Positions 10,963 to 24,108 of a stretch of 64,000 nucleotides of DNA are shown one piece after another. The stretch lies in the NCBI GenBank assembly GCA_043228905.1, contig JBHGNT010000013.1:2914001-2978000 (forward strand), read 5' to 3'. Every line of letters starts with the position of its first letter. Within the stretch, counting starts at the first letter, position 1. The notes beneath the pieces are model-generated. The model made no database searches. It was not told the origin of the DNA and saw only the letters and a list, made by a program, of their open reading frames with translations. Made by a program: the position numbers and the translations under genes. Source of the stretch: Azolla caroliniana. Lineage: Eukaryota; Plantae; Polypodiophyta.

Positions 10963-13705
10963 GTAACATTAGAAGCATTACGTGATGTCGCAAGGGGTGC
11001 ACCTCTCATACTCAGGAATGAGAGTGTAATCTACCTTAAGGCATCACCTAATCTTCAAGTAATATATGTCGAGAAATGGAGGGAGGTAGTGTTAGCGTCA
11101 CATGGTGACGCATCCCATCACACATTTTCAAAGACTCTTAAAGAATTAACGCAGGGTTATGCGACTGATGTACGTGATTATGTCATCAAACCGAAGTATG
11201 TAAAAGCACTCATTAGAAGTTGTGGTTGCCGAATGGTGTTGAAGGTTGATCCGAACGACATGTTGGGAGCGAGCATGGACAAATATAAGAAGACCCTACC
11301 CATAGAAGCGATCAAGGTAGAAACCCACCAGTCCGCTGATGCGCTCACGGATTTGCAAACCAAGTTTCTCACACGCTTAAGGAAAGGAGTCTACGTGGGT
11401 ATGCGTGTGACTAGGTATAGTTGTCATCGTGCTGGGACATCTCGACTTACGTCTAATTCCACTCGACGACGTAGGTGCACACCCCGATGTGGGTGTACAT
11501 TCCATGTGGATGTTAGAATGAATGATGGGGTTAACAATGAGACACTAACCATTTCAATATATGGACCTCACAATGGCCATGTACTAGGTAGTAGGTCGGA
11601 TGTGTACCATTTGCCAACACACCTCAAATGTCATAAGTTGTTGCAAAGATGACCTATTTGATGTTTGGTGTGAAGGCATGTGGCACGAATGAGCATGCGT
11701 AAGCAAGAATATCATAGGTCCAAGGCTAGTCCATTAGAGCTTGTTAGCTATAGGTTCTTTATGATACCAAAGGTGGTCCATAACATGGCAAATAGGTTAA
11801 AAATCAGGAGTGCCATGTCAGAGGTTGATTGGTCTTTGATGATGCAAGATGCCTATGCACTCCGAGATCTTGGGAAAGTGGCTCATATTCAACCTTACCT
11901 GCCTGGTGAACCAGGATCTCCGGCCAGGCAACAATTTATCTTGATACTTCAAGATCAATGGATGTTGGAAATGTGTGAGCAATTGACCCTAAACAACTCT
12001 TGGGGAATCAACTCAACATTTTAAATAAACCAATTCAGGCTACCATTATATACAAATGTTGCCCCCAACGCCATGGGAATTGGGATGGCCTTATGGTACA
12101 TGCTTTGTAGTTCTGATAGAGGATCAAACAATGAGCAAGTCGCATTAGAAACTTGCTTGAGTCATATTTGCAAAGATGCCCATAGTGAGGCCAAATGCGA
12201 TAATGATTGATAAATGTTGCACATCATATAATGCCATAACTAATGTGGTTGCAACAGACCGTCAATATTGGATTGTTCTAAATAGGAAATGGTCGCAAAC
12301 ACACATGTCGACTTTTGTTGTGTCAGTTCACGCCAAAAAATCATGGGTGGAAAACTTGTTGCCAAAAGTAAGTGCAATTGGGAGAAACCATCTTTATCAA
12401 CGAATGTGCCAACTGATGCATTGCATTACTGAATCCGCATTCAATGTGATGTGTGTGGAGTTAAAGGTAGAATATGCAGACAAGCCCGGTGTTTGGCAAT
12501 ATATAGAAGGAGGATGGTGTGGTTTGACATGTGTGTGGAGGAAACTCTGGCCCAAGTTTGGTAGAATGTTCAACGACGAGCATGTTGACACTACCTATAT
12601 TGTGGAAAGACATTGGCAGTTTATCAAGTACACTGCCTTGAGAGGAAGAATAAATAGATCAATTACCAATCTTGTGCATGTCTTAATCGGGGACAATGAA
12701 ACTGGCACTTGCATCAGAGGAACGGTCGTAGAGTGGTACAAGCAACGACAAGAAATATGTGAGAGTGGTCGATTAGCACCCCGTGCAATTTATAGGGATC
12801 AAAGGTCCAGACTTAAAGAGGCCAAGAGAATATTGGAAAGGTATGTCGACGATACTTCCACAATGCATATTGTGGACGAGGCTTGATATTGGTTTAGAAT
12901 CTTGAGCATGGTATAATGTCTCACTCCAATGCTCATATTGTGATTGCCAAGACCTTGTGAGTAAATGCAAGCATTTACTCAGTATCTGAATGATTATAGA
13001 GAGGCACATGCCACATTTATGTGGGTTGTTGCCTTTTATAGACCACACGACCCAACTGCGAATGGACCACAATACAGAAATAGAAGTGGAGACAGAGGTA
13101 GAAGGAGTCGGGGAGACAAATCCCACAACATCAGAGATGGAATTATTGAAGTCCAAAATACAAACATTTGAGGAAGCACTTCAATGGCTCAAGCATGGGT
13201 TAGGAACCTTCGACTATGCAACTATTTTGGAATGTATACAAACATTGGAAGATATGACTGAGAACGTGTATCACATTGGTGCACCAAAATCACCTAATGA
13301 AGAAGATGACAAATCAATAAGTCGCAACCAACAAATAGGTGCCACAAGTAGCGCAACAATAGATATCTCGCAATAACTTATTGGCAACTCCCCAAACACT
13401 TCCAAATCCCACATAAGAAAACTACAAAGAGGTGCAACTCGGGCTAGGTGGCGATTGCCAATATGTGATCATGAGAAGGTTCGGTGTTTGTGTTGCGATG
13501 GATCAACCTTGACTTCAAGGGACTCGACTGTTCCAAATCCCACATAAGAAAACTACAAAGAGGTGCAAATCGGGCTAGGTGGCGATTGCCAATATGTGAT
13601 CATGAGAAGGTTCGGTGTTTGCGTTGCGATGGATCAACCTTGACTTCAAGGGACTCGACTGTTACATGTTGTAAAAATTGTGGTTGCATTTTGCCATCAG
13701 CCTGA
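10963..13705 (+). pseudogene. Mutator/MULE-like DDE transposase with N-terminal FAR1/WRKY-like finger and SWIM finger; disrupted
   Basis: YSCHRAG...RCGCTF...HNGH; WGINSTF (DSTF-like), AIMIDKC, HAKKSW, DTTYIVERHW; CDC...CKH SWIM near 12935-12980; C-terminal CxxC pairs; stops and frameshifts. Confidence 0.8.
13400..13661. repeat. 131-bp direct tandem duplication in the transposase C-terminus
   Basis: ttccaaatcccacataagaaaactac...gactcgactg at 13400 and 13531. Confidence 0.92.
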
Positions 13706-14008
13706 CATGAGCCATAATCTTAATATGTAACATGTATTCATATTTCATCTTAGGTTTTTTGGCTTGGATTATTCCTATTTTTGACATTTGACGTTTTAAT
13801 CTTTTATGTAAGACTTGTTATTTGAAACTTTAAGTTGATTTGTTATTTAGAGCTTGGAGATAGAACTTTGTGTGATTTTTACGTTTTACGTTTTAGGTTT
13901 TCAACAATTGGAAGTTTAGGTTTCTTTTGAGATATTTTATGCATCATTTTCATGGCAAGTATTTGTTGTACACTTACAATTTTTGGGAGTTTTTGATGTC
14001 TGTTTCTA

Positions 14009-14220
14009 AGTCGGGCTCTAGGTGACTAGAGGCTGTCAGATAGCGGGGCTCCTTCTAACAGGGTCGGGCTCCAGGTGACTAGAGGCTGTCAGATAGCGGG
14101 GCTCCTTCTGACAGGTTCGAGCTCCTGGTGACAAAGGTTGTCAGACAGCAGGGCTCCATTTGACAGAGTCGGGCTCTTGGTAACAACAAGGCTTCTGGTG
14201 ACAGAGTCGGGCTCTTGGTG
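14009..14220. repeat. Subterminal-type tandem array (~53-bp units with GTCGGGCTC / GGGGCTCC cores)
   Basis: gtcgggctc(t/c)aggtgactagaggctgtcagatagcggggctcc repeated, plus degenerate copies. Confidence 0.8.
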
Positions 14221-14360
14221 GTTTATGCTGTCAGCTTTTTTTTATCCACATCGGACTTTGGAGATCGCACGTGCCATCAACTGTGCAACCTGCACCGTCC
14301 GAGCTTGCGATTCCCTCACTTGCCCTGATAAATTTTTGGTAGTAGTTAGACACGAGCATG

Positions 14361-14465
14361 CCCATGTCCATCCATGTCCATGTCCATCCATGTCCATGTC
14401 CATCCATGTCCATGTCCATCCATGTCCATGTCCATGCCCATGTCCATGTCCATGCCCATGTCCAT
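14361..14465. repeat. (CCATGT)n microsatellite
   Basis: Directly visible. Confidence 0.95.
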
Positions 14466-14529
14466 ATACCTTGGGGAATGAATGGAATCCATGGGTTAGT
14501 TTAGTTTACCTTCTCCTTTTTCATACTGT

Positions 14530-14960
14530 TTTTAGGGTTAGGGAATAGCAACATTAGGGTTTTGGCTACTCCCCACCCTTCCCTCCCTACGAACTCATAA
14601 ATCCTTGAAACCCACGTTTCTATGGCATATTGGGTTGTTGGGGATCTGCTCGGGAATCCGATTGGTTGCTCATCAGCAGCAGACACATTCCTTGCTTAGA
14701 GACCCCTTCCGGAAAGCCTGCTTTCTTACTCTGGAAGCCTTGATCCTAACCATAGACTCCCAGAAAACCTAACCCTAGCCATCGCAAGAAAACGTAACCC
14801 TAGCCTCTGGAAGCATCGGAACCTAAAGCGAAGAAGTTCTGAGAAATCCCAATCCCAATCCCAATCCCAATCCCAATCGGAACCTCTCAATAAACCCAAC
14901 TCTGATTATAGCCTCGGAAAACCCTATTCCCTACCCCCAACACCTAACCTAACCCTAACG
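14530..14960 (+). promoter_or_regulatory. Probable UBA1 promoter/5' region with telo-box motifs
   Basis: TAGGGTTT at 14555, AAACCCTA at 14919, several AACCCTA(G/A), (CCCAAT)n near 14848-14877, upstream of ATG 15150. Confidence 0.5.
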
Positions 14961-15149
14961 TAGTCAAAACTGGCTCTTTCTGCCAGAATCCGCGTTTTCT
15001 GGGAGTTTCTCATCTCTACATTTTCAGGGTTTGTCCTGATCCTCTGTTAATCCTTCTTTTTCTATCATTTGAATTCTTCATTTTCTGCATTGATTGAATA
15101 GGTATGTGTTTGGCTATATGCTGTTGTTTTGGGCAGGTATTTAATCTAT

Positions 15150-15423
15150 ATGCTTCCTAAGAAGAGGGGAATCAGCGGAACAGAAGAAGAGGAATCGTCA
15201 TCAGTAAACATTTATACAAAGAAACCAATGCCTGAGGATTGTATCTCTAGAGGAAGAGAAGAAGAAATGCAAGAGGATACGGCTTCTTCTGGTCAGGGTG
15301 GAATGGACATTGACGAGAATCTTCATAGTAGGCAGTTAGCTGTCTATGGTAGAGAGACTATGCGCCGGGTCTTCGGTGCAAACGTCCTCATCTCTGGTCT
15401 TAATGGCCTTGGGGTTGAAATAG
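15150..15423 (+). CDS. UBA1: Ubiquitin-activating enzyme E1, coding exon 1 of 6
   Basis: MLPKKR...[20 protein letters not shown]...GLNGLGVEI; donor G|GTAAAG. Confidence 0.92.
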
Positions 15424-18042
15424 GTAAAGGATCTCTCCACAATAACCCACAATTGTGTTAACTAGTGTAATCAGATAATTCAAATTGTTTGAAATTTTCT
15501 CTTTTAAACCATTGTCCTGGACTCTAATTGTTTATGAAGATATAGGGAAGAATCGGCTTACAACAATTCACTATTGTGTGAACTAATGTAATTGGATCGT
15601 GTAAATTTGTTTGAGATGATATTTTTTTGAGTATTTTCTTGTATTATGATGATATAGGTAATGAAAAATGTGCTAACTAGTATAACCAGATAATGTTGAT
15701 TTGTTTATAACATTATCATTTGAAACATTGTTGTGGATTCTGTAGTGTTATGAGGGTATAGGCATGGATGTATTTCCAATTACTAATAATTGGGTCAACT
15801 AGGCTAACCAGATAGGTTCCCAAGGTAACCAAAACCAGTGACATAATTGACCATGCAAGAAATTTAGTAATGGATCTATGTCTAGTATATGACAATGTGT
15901 CAGTCATAGTCTCATGCATATCTCTTCAACTTTTCCACATTCGGGCCACACAATTGAAACTGCAAACGTAGTTTTAACTACGCATTTCAAAAGGTTTTAA
16001 AGGAATCTAAAATGGGTGGTTGTGGATGTGTTATGGACTGTAATCTCTTATAAGTATTATTGTTCACCTGTCCATGAAAGTCTGCATGACTGTCTGGATG
16101 TATGTTGTAAGTTTGAGAATGGCCATATGCTCATATAGATTGATAGATAGATTTCATTAATGTCTTTGGATGTAAAATTTGACCTATGAGGCCAAATATA
16201 TAACATTTTTCACGTGATAGTGAGTAGTGGCTTTAGATGTTCAAGAACTGTAGTAATGAATGTGTTAGATTTGTGAGCGAGAGAGAAATTTGTGCAAGGA
16301 TTTGGTTTGGTCGAAGATGGTGGAAATCATATTCCATTGAGATCAAAGGCAGAGCATTGTATCCAAATTGCGATACTCAGACTCCTGAGCTTGTGCAAAT
16401 AAGAATCCACATTGTGATTGGGAGAGAGATTTGTGCAAGGATTGGGTTCGGTTGAACATGTGTGAAAAGCATAGTTGATTGTGATCAAAGGCAGAACATT
16501 GTATGAACTAGTGATACTCAGACTCCTGAAATTGTTTAAGGCAAAGTGTGCAGAATCAACTACTCCCATTGCTTGTGCCCCAATGGCCCCATCATATATC
16601 TGCAGTGGAAGAGAAACAATTACAACTATTACAGGAAGGAGTAAAATGGTCGAATAACTTTGAATTCCATACTCAAGAGTGCTCTCTCAAGATGTGAGGA
16701 TTTGGAGCATGTTCTTCTCATACATACAGAAAGAAGAACTGGGCTTCTCTCTTCTCTTGGATCCTTACTAACGTGAGAATCTTATCTTCTAAGTTTGAAG
16801 GACGAGGTTTATGAAAAGAATGGAGTTTCATCTGGAAATGGTTAATAAAGAAAGAGATGAGACTCCAACTCATTACTCTGTGCAAGAGGATATTTTTGTA
16901 CATATTTTCTGAACTTTATTACCCATGACCGTTCGGAAATTGGGTGGGGATCCGCTGAATTTTATTTCATGTGTGAATCTGTACATGAATGAAGACAATC
17001 GGACTTGAATTGATCACTTCAAACTTGCATAACGTGCATTTTGTTGATTGAATAAAAGAGTTTCTATTATTAAACAAACTAGAAAACTTTTGGAACAAAT
17101 GATTAGCCTATTTGTATAATTATAAGAATTGGCTCTTACAACATTGAAGATCTCCAGCTTCCGGGATGTTGTGAAGAATTTCAATTCTTCTGACAATACA
17201 TAAGTACCGAGATAATTGATTTGGTTGACCTTTCTACTGTGCATAATACAAAATTATCCAAGAAGTAAGCAAGTTCGGCTTTTAGAAATGCTTGTGTATG
17301 CACATGTGAGAAAAAGGCATTTATCTTGATAATACAGTTTTCAATTGCTTTCTGGAAGCATTTTGTTCATTCTACTAGTGCATGAAAATATTGATGTACC
17401 GACTCTAGTAAGATAATGAAGATAGCTAATGTTACCTTGGAATTATTATTTCAGATTTTAGTAGTATAATGCTTTATCTTGGGGGCTTCATGCCTTGGAG
17501 TTGAAACAGATAATGATCGTAAATGATTTCAAATGCTTTCATCAAAGCATTGTCTTGGGTTATAATAACATATTATGATAGTGATGTATACTCTACTGCA
17601 TTTCCTTCTGGTTTTTGGCTTTGCTGGAAGAATAAGGTATTTATGCCCATGTGTATATGGATAGACACATCCACTTGTGAGAAGTTATTATCTTGATAGT
17701 GCAGATTTCAGATGCTCCCTATGAAGCATTCGTTTGAAACCTAGGTGTATACAATGTCTTTCATGGCCTAGGAATTTTGGATTTTTGAAGCCAAAAAAAC
17801 ACAATGCTGAACTTACCATCTTGATTTACCCAACCAGAGATGTCAAATGTCAATGGATTCCATAGTAGCTCCGTCTCTCACACCTAAATTGTTCCAAAAC
17901 CATCTCCAAAGTTATTGCACTACATGAATTATGATTATTGTCATGGATCTTTAGAAAACCTGGAGCATTTATTTTTGTTTCAATATGGATAACTTGAATT
18001 CACCCGTATTTGTAAACTCAATTTGTCTAGTAGGCTGATTTT

Positions 18043-18670
18043 GGCCTCTAATAGACATCAGTTTCTCTCTCATGCCATTGGGTCAAACCATGATATTTCT
18101 GAGCATTACATGTAAGGCGTTTGAAGCATCAAAGCAAACAGCAACAGCAAAACATGTAGATGGTCATGGTACTCACATGTGATGTGGTTCAACAACAATG
18201 GCCTCGATTTCGAGAACTTGGCTTCCTTTTGATATTGCTCACCCCTTTTTATGGCCTCTAGTAGACATTAATCTCTCTCTCTCTCTCATGCCACTGTATT
18301 TTGAACCATGCTAATTCTGAGAATTATACGTAAGGTGTTTGAAGCATCAAAGCAAACAGCAACAGCAAAACATGTAGATGGTCATGGTACTCACATGTGA
18401 TGTGGTTCAACAACAATGGCCTCGATTTCGAGAACTTGGGTTCCTTTCGATATTGCTCACCCGTTTTTATGGCCTCTAGTAGACATTAATCTCTCTCTCT
18501 CTCTCATGCCACTGTATTTTGAACCATGCTACTTCTGAGAATTATACGTAAGGTGTTTGAAGCATCAATGCAAATGACAATGACAAAACATGCAGATGGT
18601 CATGATACCCCCATGTGATGATGTGGTTCAACAACAATAGCATCAGCTTTGAGAACCCCTTTTGATATTG
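18043..18670. repeat. Three tandem copies of a ~215-bp unit in UBA1 intron 1
   Basis: ggcctcta(a/g)tagacat...catgtagatggtcatg...gatattg starting near 18043, 18254, 18471. Confidence 0.88.
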
Positions 18671-19329
18671 TTAAAGAATTGTTGAAGGAACAAGGTGTTG
18701 CAGCAAGACCTATGGCAGGGCTATACCCAAAAGACTTTGCTCACGACTACAGAGTTACTTTCTTCAAAGATGGCTTACAATGAAAGATCATTTCATGGTT
18801 TTTTTAGATGATGAACTCATACATTGACCAAGGTACATGGATGTCTCTACAATACCCCATGGTGCTTGCAAAGCAATCAGCCAACTCAAAGTTTCCTCCC
18901 ACCAAGTAGAGATCGAGGCAGGATGATCACTTCGCATACCTAGAGCTGAATTTTTTTGCGAATTATGAGGGGAGATTAAAAGCGAGAAACACTTTGTGTA
19001 GGTTCCAACTCTTAACGACGTAAGAGAGAAATATATTACTCGCTACATGGATTACACCAATATTCAACAAATGATGGAGAAGGCCGATCCACGCAATTGT
19101 ACATCAATTATTTCTTCCATAGCACCTTACCTCCATAGCAATGATCCAAGGAGTCACTATTGAGTGAGTAAAGAAATGTGATAATGGAGAGTACTAGTAC
19201 CAAGATACAAGGCATGGATCATACCAGTACCAAATCATGGAGATCATTGCTTGTGATGCCCGATTCACTTGTCAACCTTTGTAATAATGTCATTTTGTTG
19301 CACCAATCAACCTTGGATATGATGTCCAG

Positions 19330-20300
19330 TTGCCACTACTCCTATGCATAGTAGCCATGTACTTCATGATTCTAAACCATCTCAAATATCATTCCACCAT
19401 AGGCATTAAGATGGAGTTCAGGATATTTAGAAACCTAGAGATTTATTTTGGTTTCAGCATGGATGACATGAATTCGCCTTTAGATTTAATTATGCAATCT
19501 CATAGGCCGATTTTGGTCTCTATTAAATGTTAATATATCTTTTTTTCTTTCATTGGAGTGAAACAAGGATGCTACTATTCGGTCTCTATATAGATGAGGC
19601 ATCACATTATATAGAGAGATTCAATGGTTCGGGATACAAATATTACTATATGCTGATGATATTTTGCTGATCTGTGACACTTCGGGGCCACTACAAAGAC
19701 ATCTAAATGCCTTAAAATATTTTATATGCACAAAGGTTTGTCTGTAAACTTAGATAAAACTAAAGTGTGATGTTTAACACCATGCAAGCGTGGGTAACAA
19801 GATCAGAACCAAGATTCTTTTTGGGAAAGCAAAACGTGGCATACACATGATTCTAGCAGTAACGTTCAACGGTTCGGGATACAAATATTACTATATGCTG
19901 ATGATATTTTGCTGATTTGTGACACTTCGGGGCAATACAAAGCCATCGAAATGCCTTGAAAGTATTTTATACGCACAAAGGTTTGTCAGTAGATGTAGAT
20001 AAAACTAAAGTGTGATGTTAACACCATGCAAGCGTGGGTAACAAGATCACAACCAAGATTGTTCGTGGGAGAGCAAAACGTGGCATACACATGATCCTAG
20101 GAGTAACGTTCAAATGGCCTCAGTTCTCCTTATGAGAGTATTTGTGTGTGCTTTACTTTCTCGTGGATACGTAGCCCTTGGTGCTCTTGAAAGACAATAT
20201 GCACGTTTGAGTTCCAACATCTTAAAAGATGTAAATATGTCTTTCTTTCTTTCTCGCACCCCAGAACCCCACATAAAAGTATAGTATATTTTGTAAACAT
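19330..20300 (+). mobile_element. Degenerate LINE RT fragment in UBA1 intron 1, with an internal ~245-bp duplication
   Basis: IGVKQG...LFGLYIDE...QILLYADDILLI...LQRHLNAL...GLSVNLDKTKV; YADD segment appears twice (~19648, ~19893). Confidence 0.8.
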
Positions 20301-20443
20301 ATATGCGAAGTAGGATGTTCTTAACATAGAATGAACTTTCTTGGTTCACTACTGCCATGCATTAGGTGAAGTCAAGGTGATTTATTTTTTGAAAAATGCT
20401 CGTTTTCATTGTTCTGAACTTTGTGTAACAAATATGAATGCAG

Positions 20444-20661
20444 CAAAGAATGTTGTACTTGCTGGTGTCAAATCTGTTGTGCTGCATGACACGAAGTCTG
20501 TCAAGGCATTGGATCTGGGGGCAAACTTCTACTTTTCAGAGGCTGATATAGGGAAGAATAGAGCATCTGCTTGTGCTTCTAAGCTACAAGAGTTGAATAC
20601 AGCTGTTCTTGTCACAATACATACATCAGAAATAACCGAAGAGTTACTGTCTGGATTTCAG
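20444..20661 (+). CDS. UBA1: UBA1 coding exon 2
   Basis: TGCAG| AKNVVLAGVKSV...LQELN...GFQ |GT; phase matches exon 1 across a 5020-bp intron. Confidence 0.92.
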
Positions 20662-20867
20662 GTTGTACATGCTGTACTGACAGCTCCATTGTAATGTCAG
20701 AACCTGATATGCTATTGCTATACATTTATTTGGGAATCATACTATAATTGGATTGTATGCAAGCAAATACTAGGCATTTGTCTGGATACCATATAAGTTA
20801 ACATGCCTCATGATGAATGGCATTGTGATATTTATAATCCTTCCTAAAAATGGATTGTTTATTTCAG

Positions 20868-21662
20868 GTTGTTGTCTTTATGGACATCTCCCTAGAGAAA
20901 GCAATTTCTTATGATAATTTCTGTCGCCGGAAAGAATCACCAATTGCCTTCATAAAGGCTGATGTTCGTGGGCTTTTTGGGACTGTGTTCTGTGACTTCG
21001 GCCCAGAGTTCACTGTTTTTGATGTTGATGGAGAAGAACCTCATACAGGTATTATTGCATCTATTAGCAATGGTAATCCAGCTTTGGTATCATGTGTTGA
21101 TGATGAGCGCCTAGAATTCCAAGATGGAGAGATGGTCATTTTCTCTGAGATACATGGAATGAACGAGCTAAATGATGGAAAACCAAGAAGGGTGACAAAT
21201 TGCAGGCCATACTCTTTTTTCCTTGAAGAAGATACCACCCCATTTGGAGTTCATGAGAAGGGAGGAATTGTTACTCAAGTGAAACAACCTAAGCTGCTTA
21301 ATTTCAAGTCATTAGAAGAAGCTTTACAGAATCCTGGTGAATTCTTGCTGAGTGATTTTGCAAAGTTTGATCGCCCTCCATTATTACATATGGCATTCCA
21401 GGCACTTGATAAGTTTTGTGCCGAATATGGACGGTTTCCAGTGGCTGGGAGCAGTGGTGATGCCTCAAATTTTATTTATTTGGTAAAAAAGCTCAATGAA
21501 AGCAGAGAAGATGCAGGTTTGGAATCAATTGATGAAGGGATTCTCAAGCATTTTGTTAATGGTGCCCAAGCAGTTCTCAATCCCATGGCAGCCATGTTTG
21601 GAGGCATTGTTGGACAAGAAGTAGTGAAGGCATGTTCGGGCAAGTTCCATCCTCTATTCCAG
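20868..21662 (+). CDS. UBA1: UBA1 coding exon 3
   Basis: TTTCAG| VVVF...DVDGEEP...[21 protein letters not shown] |GTGAG. Confidence 0.95.
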
Positions 21663-21768
21663 GTGAGTTTATCATTTTGTTCCGCAGGAAATCCTTAAAA
21701 TTTTATGAGTGAAATCAGGCGCTGAGGCACAGATATTGTTTGGTTGATTATGCTTCACGTTCTTACAG

Positions 21769-22637
21769 TTCTTCTACTTTGACTCTTTGGAATCTCTCCC
21801 TGTCGAGCCGTTATGTGAGCAAGACCTTGTACCTTTGAACAGTAGATATGATGCACAGGTTTCTATCTTTGGACAAGAGATGCAAAAGAAGCTGCAGGAT
21901 GCAAAAGTGTTTGTAGTTGGGGCTGGTGCTCTTGGTTGTGAGTTTTTGAAGAACTTGGCGTTAATGGGTGTTGCTTGTGGTAGCAAAGGCAAACTGATTG
22001 TGACTGATGATGATGTTATTGAAAAAAGCAATCTAAGCCGACAATTCTTGTTTCGTGATTGGAACATTGGGCAAGCTAAATCGACTGTTGCTTCAGCAGC
22101 AGCAACGGCTATTAATCCCAGCTTTCGAGTTGAGGCATTACAAAATAGAGTTAGCCCAGAAACTGAGGGTGTATTTGATGATGCATTTTGGGAAAGTATT
22201 GATGTGGTTATTAATGCACTAGATAATGTCAATGCAAGACTTTATGTGGATTCACGTTGTGTTTACTTCCAGAGGCCTCTTTTAGAGTCTGGCACTTTAG
22301 GGCCAAAATGTAATACTCAGATGGTTATACCCCATTTGACTGAAAATTATGGAGCTTCTAGAGACCCTCCTGAGAAACAAGCTCCGATGTGCACAGTGCA
22401 TTCGTTTCCTCACAATATTCATCATTGTCTTACATGGGCACGATCAGAGTTTGAAGGTCTATTAGAAAAGACACCAGCAGAGGCGAATACATATCTGTCG
22501 AAGCCCAAGGAGTACAAATCGGCAATGGTGTCAGCTGGGGATGCTCAAGCTCGGAACTTATTGGAGAAGGTGGTTGAATGCTTGGTTACGGACAAGTGTA
22601 CTACATTTGAGCATTGCATATCTTGGGCCCGGAGAAG
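21769..22637 (+). CDS. UBA1: UBA1 coding exon 4 (ATP-binding motif and catalytic Cys)
   Basis: FFYFDS...VGAGALGCE...[10 protein letters not shown]...PMCTVHSFP; TACAG| ... AG|GTAC. Confidence 0.96.
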
Positions 22638-22920
22638 GTACTTGTTTTATTTCCTTTCTAGATTTGCTTTTATTTTTTCCTGCTTTGTAGAAAGGTCATG
22701 TATTAATAACAAAATTAAGAATATCATCTCATGATCTGTCAAAACATTGACACAACATGAGGCGTCAGTCCATCACTGGGTTTACTTTTTTCTTTTCAGT
22801 CTGCTGTTTATGTTTTCTCACCATGGGAATTTTTATGAGGTGATGGCTATGTTTTCTAGTAAAAAATGGGAATTCCTACGTTTTCCTTTTGGTTTAATGG
22901 TTTCAACCATGTAATGATTT

Positions 22921-23138
22921 GCACCTTTCTCTCTACCAAATCATTTCTATCATCAATTGACTTCTATCCTTTATTAACTCCTCTCTTTTCCCTCCTTTCT
23001 TGCATATATGCTCTCACTATCCTGGGCAGGCACCTTTCTCTCTACCAAATCATTTCTATCATCAATTGACTTCTATCCTTTATTAACTCCACTCTTTTCC
23101 CTCCTTTCTTGCATATATGCCCTCACTATCCTGGGCAG
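22921..23138. repeat. 109-bp tandem duplication in UBA1 intron 4
   Basis: gcacctttctctctacc...cctgggcag at 22921 and 23030. Confidence 0.92.
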
Positions 23139-23353
23139 GCATGTGAAGCTTTGTTTCACCCTGTTTCTGCTGAACTCAAAGCTTATACATAACCCTGTGA
23201 AGAAAAGCATCATTGCATTTCTAATTCTCGTCCTTTACGCATCATTTTTTTGAATGACATTTTTTTGCAGCTTCATGTGTACATGACATTCGTTTTGCAT
23301 CTCCTATCAATGCATCTTCCATTACAGTAAGAATGTTATGTGTGCGTTTTCAG

Positions 23354-23786
23354 GTTTGAGGACTACTATGTGAACCGAGTAAAACAACTTATTTATACAT
23401 TTCCAGAGAATGCTACGACAAGCACTGGTGCCCTTTTCTGGTCTGCACCAAAGAGATTCCCTAAACCCCTCGAATTTAACTCTAATGACCATTCCTGCAT
23501 TTCTTTTATAATCTCAGCAGCTATTTTGAGAGCCGAGACATATGACATCGAAATTCCTAGTTGGGCTTCAAACAGTAAGAAAATAGCAGACATCATAGAT
23601 AAAATTGAATTGCCTCAGTTTCGACCCAAACAAGGTGTGAAGATTGTCACGGACGAGAAGGCGACAAGCCTTAACGCATCTTCTTCTGATGATTCCACGG
23701 TAATAGAGCAACTTATAAAAGTCTTGGATGATGGAGCATGCAGTTTGCCTCTGGGATTCCGCATGAATCCGATACAATTCGAGAAG
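23354..23786 (+). CDS. UBA1: UBA1 coding exon 5
   Basis: TTTCAG| FEDYY...FWSAPKRFP...PIQFEK |GTATG. Confidence 0.95.
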
Positions 23787-24108
23787 GTATGTTTTGGTAT
23801 TCTAAATGAATCTCTTTTTTTCCTCATAATGGGCACATCTGAGTGATTAAAAGACCACAGTGCCACTTCAAGGACTTGAAATTCTAACCATGATTCACTA
23901 GTTAATGAAAAAATGAAAATTAAAAGGCCCATTTGCCATTTGGAAAGGGAATTAAATTCCAACCAAAGGTCAAAAGTATGATTATTCAAAGGCCCGGTAC
24001 CATCGCAGCAATACCTGGGTTTGTTCTGGGAATTGAACTTTAAACTGAGTTTCACTAGCTAAAATTGATCCAACTTATTTTTCTTCACGAGTTTTTTGGT
24101 TATTGCAG

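Noticed and set aside
14138-14548. ORF with (CP)n or (MD/HG)n runs suggesting a metal-binding peptide
   Set aside because: It is the translation of the CCATGT microsatellite
15029-15136. Possible 5' UTR intron of UBA1
   Set aside because: Splice-like sites are present but cannot be supported without transcript data
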